From Gemmatimonadota bacterium (lineage in GTDB: Bacteria; Gemmatimonadota; Gemmatimonadetes; Palauibacterales; Palauibacteraceae), in NCBI GenBank assembly GCA_039587395.1, contig JBDHIQ010000003.1, positions 22,582 to 86,581 of the forward strand: 64,000 nucleotides of DNA, written 5' to 3'. This document shows positions 1 through 7,991 of this stretch, one piece after another. The position numbers were made by a program, and so were the translations under genes. The notes under the pieces are model-generated. The model was not told where the DNA came from and did no database searches. It worked only from the letters and a program-made list of their open reading frames with translations. Every line of letters starts with the position of its first letter. Positions within the stretch are counted from its first letter, which is position 1.

Positions 1-3000
1 CATCCTTGATGTACGCCTGCTTCTTGTCATCGTAGGCGAACATCTTCTTGTTGATGTTGAGGCACTCGTCGCACGAAGTGCAGAGCTCGGTGTCGATGTA
101 GGGCTCCAGCTCAAGCCCTTCGTCGTCCTCTGCCTCGACTTCGTCCGCCACGGCCGGCGCCTCCACCACAGCCGCCGGCGCCTCCACCACGACCGCCGTC
201 GCCGAGGTGGCAACCTGCGCGGCCAGCGGCGCACCCGTTGCCGTCAGCTCGGCCACGGTCCCCGGGTCCATCGTGATTGGGGCCAGACCCGGCGTGGACG
301 CCGCCTTGTTCAACAGATCGGCCACGGTCGACTGCCCGTTGGACCGTATCAGACCCTCCGCCAGGCGGCGGGCCACCAGCGGCGGGAAGCTCGCCTTCAG
401 CCCGGCCAGCTTGGCCTCGTACTCCTGCCGCAGCGCCTCGAGCTTCGCTTCGAGCTCGGCCTCCAGCTGCTCTTCCACCGTCTCCCGGGCCGACTGGGAC
501 ACCCGCAGACCCGCCAGCTCTTTGAGCTGGTGCCAGTGGAGAATCCGGTCCTCCGCCAGCACGACGATCTCATCGGACACGGACAGCCGGTCCAGCTTCT
601 TCTGATCGTCGAGCACGTAGATGAACGGCGTCATCCCCGATCGCTCGTCGTCCGCGGCCTGCATGTACTCGTGGAACGGCATCAGGTCGCCGTTCCAGTC
701 CTCTCGCGGGATCCGCCGGAACTGTTTCTTGAACCGCCCCTCGGTGGCGGCCCAGTCGGCGATGGTCATCGGCAGCTCCAGCGTCAGCGACTCGCCTTCG
801 TCGGAAACGTACTGGAGCTCGTACGATGGCCACGTCTCCTCGACCTCGGGATTGGACGCCAGGTCCAGGCACTCGGCGAACGTTCTGCCCTGGTCCGGAT
901 CGAACACCAGGTGCGGAAAGGCCCGACTCTCGACGGCCATTTTGGCCGCGTGCGGTGCCCATTCATCCGCCAGCCCGTGCTCTACGGGGCACGGCGTGTA
1001 GACACTGAACACCGCCGGCCGGTGCGACTGCAGCCCCTTGAGAACTCCGGCTATCAGGTGCGAAGGGTTGGCCTGCGACGTCTGCAGCACGTAGGCGCCC
1101 CGGTGCGCCATCGCGATCAGCGCCAGCTCCTTCCGGGTCTCCTGCTTGCCGTGCTGGGCCTTGCCGTAAGGCGCCATGTCGGATACCTGGCCGGTGAATC
1201 CGCTTGTGCACGCCTGGCCACCCGTGTTCGAGTAAACCTGGGTGTCGAGCACGATCACACGGATCGGTTTCCCGGAAGCCAGGAGCCGTGAGAGGTTCTG
1301 GAAGCCGATGTCCAGCATGGCGCCGTCGCCGCCCATCGCGATGACCGGCGGGCACATGAGGAACTCATCGTGTGAGAAGTCCTTCCAGCTGAATCTCTGG
1401 AACTCCGGCTCGTGGATATCACGGTCGTACTCATCATCGGCCAGCAGTTTCGCGCGGCGAACCGCCACGAACCCGTCAGCCATCTTCCGCATCTGCCCCT
1501 CAAACACGCCAATCGCGATGGACGGAGCGTCCTGGAAGAGATGGTTCACCCATGGATACGGATACGGGTTGTAGGGATACGTGCTGCCCCACACCGACGA
1601 GCACCCGGTGCTGTTCGCGATGGACATGTTGGCCCGGCCCTGGCCGCTCGGACCCTGCACGTACCGCCAGCGCAGATCCTGTAGCGCCTCGAGGGCCCGC
1701 GTGTACTGCTCGAGCAGGGCCTTCTTCTCGTCGTCCAGCTTGAGGTCCACCTCGCCGGAGGTGACGCTCGCGAGATCGAGGTCCGCGTCGCCCGCCAGGA
1801 GCCCGCGCGCTTTCGCGTCCAACCCGGCGATCAACTGGTCGAGGTGTTCCACGAACTCCTTGACCTTCGGCTGCATCATCGCCTCGATGGTCGAGACAAT
1901 CAGGTGCACGGCGGTCTTCTCCCCGCACCCCATGCAGGCGCCGTCGCCGCCAGCCATCGACTGGTAGATCTCCTTCTTGAGCAGAAGGGTCGGCAGCACG
2001 CCGATGCCCTCCTCGAGATCGGTGATGTTCAGGTAGCGATCGTCCGTATCCGGGAGTTCCTGCCACACCTCCCAGTTGCGGCGCAGCCGGTCGACAATCT
2101 CGTCATCCTGCCGAACCGTCACGAGCGCTTCTTCAGGACATACATCAACACAGATGTTGCAACCCTTACAGGCATAGGGGCTTACGGTGATAGACAGAAG
2201 CCCCCCGCTTCCCTTCTCCGTCCGCTCGGGCACGTCGAAGAACGGGACCGTCTTGGCCAGCGGGAACTCCTCGAGCACCGAGTAGACCGCCGCGAACTCC
2301 TGGTCCAGCGCACGCATGCGCTCCGGATCCCAATTCAGCTTGCCGGACAGGTTCTTGTATGCGCTGGACAGGATATCCCCGAACGTCGTGAACGGGACGC
2401 CCTTGAGCAGCTTGTGGGATTCCTTTGCCAGGTTCTTCTTGACCTGCTTGATCCGGTCCAGCGGTCGACCGTTCGTTGCCGCCCGGATGGCCGTGTCCAG
2501 GACCTGCTCGACCGAGTTCACCACTCCCGGAATGGCCGCGTCGGGACACTGGGTCCAGCACTGCGCGCAGCCGGTGCACAGGTCGGGGATGAAGTCGGGG
2601 ACCTCGAAGCGGATGTCCGTCATGTCGCGGAACGTGCTGGTGGCCGCCGGGATGGCGCTGATGGCGGCAAACGGGTCGGCAATCGGGTCCTGTCCGACCG
2701 CGCAGAGCCCGCACACCTGCTCCCAGAAACGACCCGGGTTCCCGATTCCCTGCAGCGCTTCCGGATGATCGAGCAGGCGCGGGATCGCGCCGACCACGAC
2801 ATCGCCGACCTCTTCGCCGGTCTTCTCGTCGTAGCTCTCGTAGTCCACCTTGGCTATCTCATCGTAACCGCGGCGGATCACCCGCAAGTTGTCCTCCACG
2901 ACGCGCTCGCCCAGGTGGCCGAACTTCTTGTCCAGCTGCGCCCGGATTCCCTCGAACAGCTGATCACGGTCCAGCCCTGCCTCCTCGACCAGCGGAGAGG

Positions 3001-4966
3001 TGGCGAAGAACGCGCCCATGAACGCCGTTCCCTGCATGCGGTACCGCAGGTCCGGATCGCTGGCCTCCTCCGTGGCGATCTTGAAGGCGTCCAACCCGTA
3101 CACCCTGATCCCGCGCTCGCGGATGGTGCGGCGGGCGTCGGCCGGGAACGACTGCCACAGGGCCTGCGGGTCGTCATCCGTCTGGATGATGAACCGGCCA
3201 CCTTCGGACAGCCCGGCCAGGGGGTCGGAGTTGCCGAACACGTTCGGATCGGGTGACAGCACGACGTCCACGTGCTTGAGCTCGGCGTTGAGCAGGATGG
3301 GCTCGCGCGCCAGTGTCGCGTAGAACGTGGTGGGCTGTCCCTTCTTCTCGGAGCCGTACTTGGGGTTCGCCTTGATCTCGAGCCCGAACAACTCGAAAGC
3401 GGTGAGGGCGACGTTCTTGCCCATCGTGATGGCGCCCCACCCGCCAACGGAGTGAATGCGGATCGATATGGAGCCCTTCGGCATCAGGTTGATGTCACCC
3501 GCCGAGGGCAGCGACAGGTGCACCAGGTCCGGGTATTTCTCGACCAGCTCATCCTGCCAGATCTGGAGCTTCGGCAGATCGGTGCCTTCCAAGATGAAGT
3601 CGATCCCCAGGTAGTACTGGCGGCGCCGGCCGCCATCCTCCAGCATATTCTCGACCGCGGCGATCATGTCGCCCGGCTGCAGGTCGCGGCTGCCGAACCC
3701 GAAGCCGCCGGAGAAGAAGTCCGGGACCTCATCGGGGGAGATGGCCTCGATGCCGGGGAACGGGATTTTGCCGTTCTTCCCGTTGCGGGCCGCTTTCCGC
3801 GCCCTCCAGTTCTCCTGGCCCTGGGAGATGGCCGCGCGGACCTCGCGCAGGATCGGCGGATCCACGGCCAGCGGCTGATCGCAGCGTTCCAGAATGGTGA
3901 CGGCCTTCTTGCCGCGCAGCAGCCGGCTGACCAGGTCCGTCGGGAACGGGCGGAACATGACCAGGTCCATCACGCCAATCTTCAGGCCGCGGGTCTCCCT
4001 CAGGTGGTCCGCCACAACCATCGCGTTTCCGACCACCGTGCCCTGTCCCATGATTACGTACTCGGCGTCTTCCAGCCGGTAGCCCATGGCGCGCGCGTAT
4101 TGCCGACCCGTGAGCTCGGCGTATTCCGCCATAGCCTGGTCCGCCAGGTCCTGCACATGGTCAAAGTAGAAGGGACGCTGGGCCGCCACGCCCTGGGCGT
4201 AACTGTCCTGGTTCTGCACGGATCCCAGGAGGGCCGGGTAGTCCACGTCGAACAGCTCGGGGATCCGGCGCCGCGTATCGCCGAACACCAGCCGCTGCGC
4301 CGGGGTGGGCGTTTCGATGATGTCCGCCGGATCGCCCAGGAACTCCTTCAGCATCTGGGGCTCGGGAAGCTGGAACGACTCGATGACATGGCTGGTGAGG
4401 AAACCGTCCTGGGCCACCGCCCCGGGGTTCAGGGACAGCTCTGCTACGCGGTGTGCAATAGCCGTGAGGTCCGCCGTTTGCTGCACATCTCGCCCGAACA
4501 GCAGGAAGAACCCGGTGTCGTCGATGGCGTGGTAGTCATCGTGCCCCGCGTGCACGTTGAGCGCGTGCTTGGTCATCGCTCGCGCCGCGATGTTCAGCAC
4601 GTAGGTGAGACGCTTGCCCGCCGCCGCGTACAGCGACTCCGCCATGTAGGCAATCCCCTGCCCGCTCGAAAAATTCGTGGCACGGAGCCCGGTCATGCTC
4701 ATTCCCGCGGTCACCGCGGCCGCCGCGTGCTCTCCCTCCGGCTCGAAGAACAGGAGTGGTCTGCCGTTGACGTTGATCTTTCCCTTGGCCACCGCCGCGG
4801 CCCACCCCTCACCCATCTGCGTCGATGGCGTGATGGGATACGCACCAGCGCCCTCGCTCACGGACGTCTCCACGTGGACTACGGCCTCGCTGCCATCGGT
4901 CGCGGTCCTGACGCCAGGGTACTTAGGGGACACCTGCGGCTCTTCGTTTCTGCGTCTAGTCATCAT
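1..4966 (-). CDS. por: Pyruvate:ferredoxin(flavodoxin) oxidoreductase, single-chain PFOR (NifJ/Por-type), C-terminus beyond window edge; carries a non-canonical C-terminal extension
   Basis: Minus-strand frame is open from the ATG at 4966-4964 down to position 1. There is no stop codon inside the window, which is why the ORF track omits it. Manual translation gives MMTRRRNEEPQ...TDGSEAVVHVE (domain I), two CxxCxxCxxxCP ferredoxin motifs, the post-ferredoxin GDGACMGCGEKT motif, and the TPP motif GGDGAMLDIGFQ...VLDTQVYSNTGGQ. The upstream in-frame stop is at 4997-4999. That is at least 1655 codons, versus about 1170-1230 for classic PFOR. Confidence 0.85.
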   Translation of the reverse strand, partial: MMTRRRNEEPQVSPKYPGVRTATDGSEAVVHVETSVSEGAGAYPITPSTQMGEGWAAAVAKGKINVNGRPLLFFEPEGEHAAAAVTAGMSMTGLRATNFSSGQGIAYMAESLYAAAGKRLTYVLNIAARAMTKHALNVHAGHDDYHAIDDTGFFLLFGRDVQQTADLTAIAHRVAELSLNPGAVAQDGFLTSHVIESFQLPEPQMLKEFLGDPADIIETPTPAQRLVFGDTRRRIPELFDVDYPALLGSVQNQDSYAQGVAAQRPFYFDHVQDLADQAMAEYAELTGRQYARAMGYRLEDAEYVIMGQGTVVGNAMVVADHLRETRGLKIGVMDLVMFRPFPTDLVSRLLRGKKAVTILERCDQPLAVDPPILREVRAAISQGQENWRARKAARNGKNGKIPFPGIEAISPDEVPDFFSGGFGFGSRDLQPGDMIAAVENMLEDGGRRRQYYLGIDFILEGTDLPKLQIWQDELVEKYPDLVHLSLPSAGDINLMPKGSISIRIHSVGGWGAITMGKNVALTAFELFGLEIKANPKYGSEKKGQPTTFYATLAREPILLNAELKHVDVVLSPDPNVFGNSDPLAGLSEGGRFIIQTDDDPQALWQSFPADARRTIRERGIRVYGLDAFKIATEEASDPDLRYRMQGTAFMGAFFATSPLVEEAGLDRDQLFEGIRAQLDKKFGHLGERVVEDNLRVIRRGYDEIAKVDYESYDEKTGEEVGDVVVGAIPRLLDHPEALQGIGNPGRFWEQVCGLCAVGQDPIADPFAAISAIPAATSTFRDMTDIRFEVPDFIPDLCTGCAQCWTQCPDAAIPGVVNSVEQVLDTAIRAATNGRPLDRIKQVKKNLAKESHKLLKGVPFTTFGDILSSAYKNLSGKLNWDPERMRALDQEFAAVYSVLEEFPLAKTVPFFDVPERTEKGSGGLLSITVSPYACKGCNICVDVCPEEALVTVRQDDEIVDRLRRNWEVWQELPDTDDRYLNITDLEEGIGVLPTLLLKKEIYQSMAGGDGACMGCGEKTAVHLIVSTIEAMMQPKVKEFVEHLDQLIAGLDAKARGLLAGDADLDLASVTSGEVDLKLDDEKKALLEQYTRALEALQDLRWRYVQGPSGQGRANMSIANSTGCSSVWGSTYPYNPYPYPWVNHLFQDAPSIAIGVFEGQMRKMADGFVAVRRAKLLADDEYDRDIHEPEFQRFSWKDFSHDEFLMCPPVIAMGGDGAMLDIGFQNLSRLLASGKPIRVIVLDTQVYSNTGGQACTSGFTGQVSDMAPYGKAQHGKQETRKELALIAMAHRGAYVLQTSQANPSHLIAGVLKGLQSHRPAVFSVYTPCPVEHGLADEWAPHAAKMAVESRAFPHLVFDPDQGRTFAECLDLASNPEVEETWPSYELQYVSDEGESLTLELPMTIADWAATEGRFKKQFRRIPREDWNGDLMPFHEYMQAADDERSGMTPFIYVLDDQKKLDRLSVSDEIVVLAEDRILHWHQLKELAGLRVSQSARETVEEQLEAELEAKLEALRQEYEAKLAGLKASFPPLVARRLAEGLIRSNGQSTVADLLNKAASTPGLAPITMDPGTVAELTATGAPLAAQVATSATAVVVEAPAAVVEAPAVADEVEAEDDEGLELEPYIDTELCTSCDECLNINKKMFAYDDKKQAYIKD

Positions 4967-4999
4967 CTTCCGTCGCTCTATGTCTTCGTATGCGCTCTA

Positions 5000-5872
5000 C
5001 TACGCGCTCATCCGCTCGCCAGTCTGCACAGCCCCTTCCGAATCCGCAGATCCGACCGTGAACTGTGCGCCCTCCACCCACACGATTGCATTGGTAGGAC
5101 ACCTTGCGGTCGCCGCCGGATCGGCCAGCTCGTTCTTCGAGTAGTCAATCACGGGCAGTCCGTCCACCATTTCGATCAGACCGGGCGCCGCATCCACCGC
5201 GCACCGGCCACAGGCGTTGCAGGCGACGCGGCACACCATCTCCGCCTCGTCACCCTCCAGCATGGTCCTGCACTGGACGATCAGCTGTTGCTCCAGCGGC
5301 ATCAACACGAACAGGTCAAGCGGGCACGCCTCGACACAGTCGTTACAGCCCGTGCACAGCTCGGGGTCCACCACCGGCAGCTCGACGGCGTTCATGCGGA
5401 TGGCGTCGAAATCGCAGACCACGGCACAGTCCGCCAGACCCACACATCCCCAGGCACAGCCCTTTCCGCCGCCACTGACCGCTACGGCGGCGCCGCAGCT
5501 GCCGATCCCGTGGTAATTCGCCTTCCGCGTGGCTACATCCGAGCCGCCCGCGCACAGCAGGCGCGCCACCTTCTTGTTTGCCTCGCCCGCATCCACACCC
5601 AAGAAGCCGGCGATGATGTGGACGTCCGCCTCTCCCAGCACGGTGCATTCGGCGGGCGCCACGTCGCCGCTCACCGCCAGCTCGGCGAACGCGCGGCAAC
5701 CGGCCTGCCCGCAGGCCCCGCAATTGGCCCCTGGCAGCAGATCCGAAACCGTATCGATCCGCGGATCCTCCCACACCTTCAGCTTGCTGTTGGCCAGGGC
5801 AATCAGTGTGCCGAACGTCAGACCGACCCCGCCCAGAATGGCGACTGAAACCAGGATGCCGTCGAGTTCCAT
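5000..5872 (-). CDS. RnfB-like membrane-anchored iron-sulfur protein (orphan; no other rnf genes in window)
   Basis: 290 aa. It has an N-terminal TM helix, the LPGANCGACGQAGC cluster motif typical of RnfB, and two 4Fe-4S ferredoxin-type Cys motifs (CTGCNDCVEACP, CNACGRCAVDAAP). It sits 28 nt upstream of the PFOR start on the same strand. Confidence 0.75.
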   Translation of the reverse strand: MELDGILVSVAILGGVGLTFGTLIALANSKLKVWEDPRIDTVSDLLPGANCGACGQAGCRAFAELAVSGDVAPAECTVLGEADVHIIAGFLGVDAGEANKKVARLLCAGGSDVATRKANYHGIGSCGAAVAVSGGGKGCAWGCVGLADCAVVCDFDAIRMNAVELPVVDPELCTGCNDCVEACPLDLFVLMPLEQQLIVQCRTMLEGDEAEMVCRVACNACGRCAVDAAPGLIEMVDGLPVIDYSKNELADPAATARCPTNAIVWVEGAQFTVGSADSEGAVQTGERMSA

Positions 5873-5884
5873 GGAGATCCCCGG

Positions 5885-7048
5885 CTACAGGTCGCTAAGG
5901 TCCGCTTGCTGGATCAGCCAGGCCGCCAGCAGATCCACGTCGGAGGCCGGCCCGGCCGGAGGCGCCGCGGGTGCTGCCGCGGTCGGTCCTGCCGAGGCGG
6001 CCGCGAGGGCGGTGAGCATCTTCAGCTCCTGCTGCTGCTGAAACGCCGTGACCGATCCCAGATCCCGTCTGGGTGCTTCATCCGGCAGGAAGCTGACCTC
6101 CAGCCGCCCGAGTGCCTCATCGCCACCGGGCTCGTGCACGAACCGGCCGGCCGTCTCCGGCAGGACCGCGGCGATGGCCGGTCCCGCCTGCTCAGCCATG
6201 GCACGCACGTCATTCGGATCGCCGGTCTGCATGACGAATACGCCCGGCGTGATGAGCCGGACCAGCGGCGCCGGGGGCGCCTGGCCGCTCACCGCGAGGG
6301 CGATCTTCTGTCCGCCATCCAGGAACTCCGCCAGGCCGCCCGCATGCAGGTCGGCCCCATTGACTTCCACGACCAGCGGCGGGGCGATCTCTCTCTCTTT
6401 CCCATTCCAGCGGTGGAACGGGAACGCCTCCATCATCGGCTCGTGCTGCTCGGCCACGTAGCGGCCGGATCGCGCGAGCTCGAAAACCCTGGCGGCACCG
6501 AAGATCCGCCCGCACTCGGCCAGGGCGGCTGCCACCTGCCCTTGCAGGTCACCGCCGGCCGGTACCTGCACCCGGTGCACCTCGGCTCCCCTGGCCATGA
6601 CCGCCGACAGCGTCTCGAACGCCCGGCGCATCGGGACCAGCTCCGCCTCACTGATCGACTCGCTGTCCCCGATGATCTCCGTCAGCCGGGCAACGTCGAT
6701 CCTGCCGGCTGCAAACGGGCCGAGCTCGCTCGCCATCCGCCCCGAACCGTCATCGTCCCGGGTCTCGTGCGCCTCCAGGTAGCCCCGCACCTGGTCCACG
6801 GTCACGGCCAGGCTGGAGTGGAACGCTTCACGCGACGGCGCCAGCGCCTCGAGCAGCGCGTCGACCGCCTCTGGACCTGCCTTGCCCTCCTCGGAAGCTG
6901 TGGCGGCGGCTGTCTCCCCCCCGGCCGTCTCCGTGGACTCCCCGGTGGCCTCTTCCTGCGCCGTATCCACGGCAGCGTCCTCGACGGCGGTCGCGACCTC
7001 GGCCGCGTCCCCCGGAGCCTCGCGGGGCTCGTCGGGCTCAGACTGCAT
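5885..7048 (-). CDS. Conserved hypothetical protein (acidic disordered N-terminus, Ala/Pro-rich C-terminus), no recognisable domain
   Basis: 387-aa ORF. Its composition looks protein-like, unlike the R-rich antisense ORF 5906..7336. It is wedged between korB and the rnfB-like gene with small gaps and overlaps the korB stop by 11 nt. The start is uncertain; internal Met codons could serve. Confidence 0.55.
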   Translation of the reverse strand: MQSEPDEPREAPGDAAEVATAVEDAAVDTAQEEATGESTETAGGETAAATASEEGKAGPEAVDALLEALAPSREAFHSSLAVTVDQVRGYLEAHETRDDDGSGRMASELGPFAAGRIDVARLTEIIGDSESISEAELVPMRRAFETLSAVMARGAEVHRVQVPAGGDLQGQVAAALAECGRIFGAARVFELARSGRYVAEQHEPMMEAFPFHRWNGKEREIAPPLVVEVNGADLHAGGLAEFLDGGQKIALAVSGQAPPAPLVRLITPGVFVMQTGDPNDVRAMAEQAGPAIAAVLPETAGRFVHEPGGDEALGRLEVSFLPDEAPRRDLGSVTAFQQQQELKMLTALAAASAGPTAAAPAAPPAGPASDVDLLAAWLIQQADLSDL

Positions 7049-7991
7049 AGCGGTCGAACTCCTGATTCAGGATGTCGATCTTCTCTTGCGCGGTATACGC
7101 CGGCAGGCCGCGCGTCTCTTCGTACCTCGGATTCGCTTCGTCGCGGAAGAAGACACCCAGACGAATCCGCTCGTCCGGCTCGGCATACCGCCGGGCCGCA
7201 TCGATGTCTTTGGGATCGTGCCGTCTCCGGTTCGTATAGATCTTCTCGAGCGCCGGCACGACGATACCCTGCTCGTGCTCCAGCAACTCGACCAGGTCCG
7301 GGTCACGCATGTAGTTCAGGAACACGTCGTCCGTGAACTTCGGACAGCGCTGGAGAATCCGGACGAACGCGAATCCGCGGTGCGCGTACGCGGCCTCTAG
7401 GGTCGCGTACAGATGCGCCGGGATCCACTCGGCCGTCTGGGCCACGAAGGACGCGTTCGTCACGCCCAGCGTAGCCTCCAGCGGGTTCAGCGCGGGGAGA
7501 TAGCTCCCGTACGGCTGCGTGTTAGTCGAATGGCCTTGCGGCGTCGTCGGCGACGTCTGGTTCTTCGTCAGGCCGTATACGGCGTTGTCCAGCATCAGCG
7601 CGACCATGTCCACGTTGTAGCGGATGGCGTGAATCCAGTGGCCGGCTCCGATCGAAACGCAGTCCCCATCGCCCATCACTGCAAAGACGTTCAGATCCGG
7701 TCGGTTCAGCTTGACCCCCGTCGCTACGGGCAACGCACGGCCGTGCAGGCCGTGGAAGCCATACGCGTTCACGTAGTGCGGGAATCGGCTCGAGCATCCG
7801 ATGCCGGACACGAACACGGTGTTCTCCGGAGTGAGTCCCTGGGAGACCATCAGCCGTTGCACGGAGGCCAGAACCGAGTGGTCGCCGCAGCCGGGACACC
7901 AGCGAGCCTGCGCCTTCTCGAAGTCCGCCATGCTGTAGTCCCGCTCCTCCTCCTGGGACATCCAGAGAAGCGAGCAGCCGCTCGCGCTCAT
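7038..7991 (-). CDS. korB: 2-oxoacid:ferredoxin oxidoreductase beta subunit (TPP-binding), KorB/OorB type
   Basis: 317 aa. It has the WCPGCGDHSV motif, the TPP-binding GDGD region and C-terminal homology to KorB/PorB. The start overlaps the korA stop (ATGA coupling). Confidence 0.9.
   Translation of the reverse strand: MSASGCSLLWMSQEEERDYSMADFEKAQARWCPGCGDHSVLASVQRLMVSQGLTPENTVFVSGIGCSSRFPHYVNAYGFHGLHGRALPVATGVKLNRPDLNVFAVMGDGDCVSIGAGHWIHAIRYNVDMVALMLDNAVYGLTKNQTSPTTPQGHSTNTQPYGSYLPALNPLEATLGVTNASFVAQTAEWIPAHLYATLEAAYAHRGFAFVRILQRCPKFTDDVFLNYMRDPDLVELLEHEQGIVVPALEKIYTNRRRHDPKDIDAARRYAEPDERIRLGVFFRDEANPRYEETRGLPAYTAQEKIDILNQEFDRYAV

Noticed and set aside
1900-1945. A GDGACMGCGE motif that I first took for the PFOR TPP-binding GDG motif, which would have implied a normal-length PFOR ending near 1360
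   Set aside because: It is the conserved SGACxGCGE motif that follows the ferredoxin domain. The real TPP motif (GGDGAMLDIGF...VYSNTGGQ) lies about 190 codons further on. The frame remains open to position 1, so the gene really is extended.
3272-5848. 858-aa plus-strand ORF across the PFOR and rnfB-like region
   Set aside because: The protein is extremely Arg/Gly/Pro/Leu-rich with no motifs. It lies antisense to a frame that has unmistakable PFOR and Fe-S homology, so it is a shadow ORF typical of GC-rich DNA.
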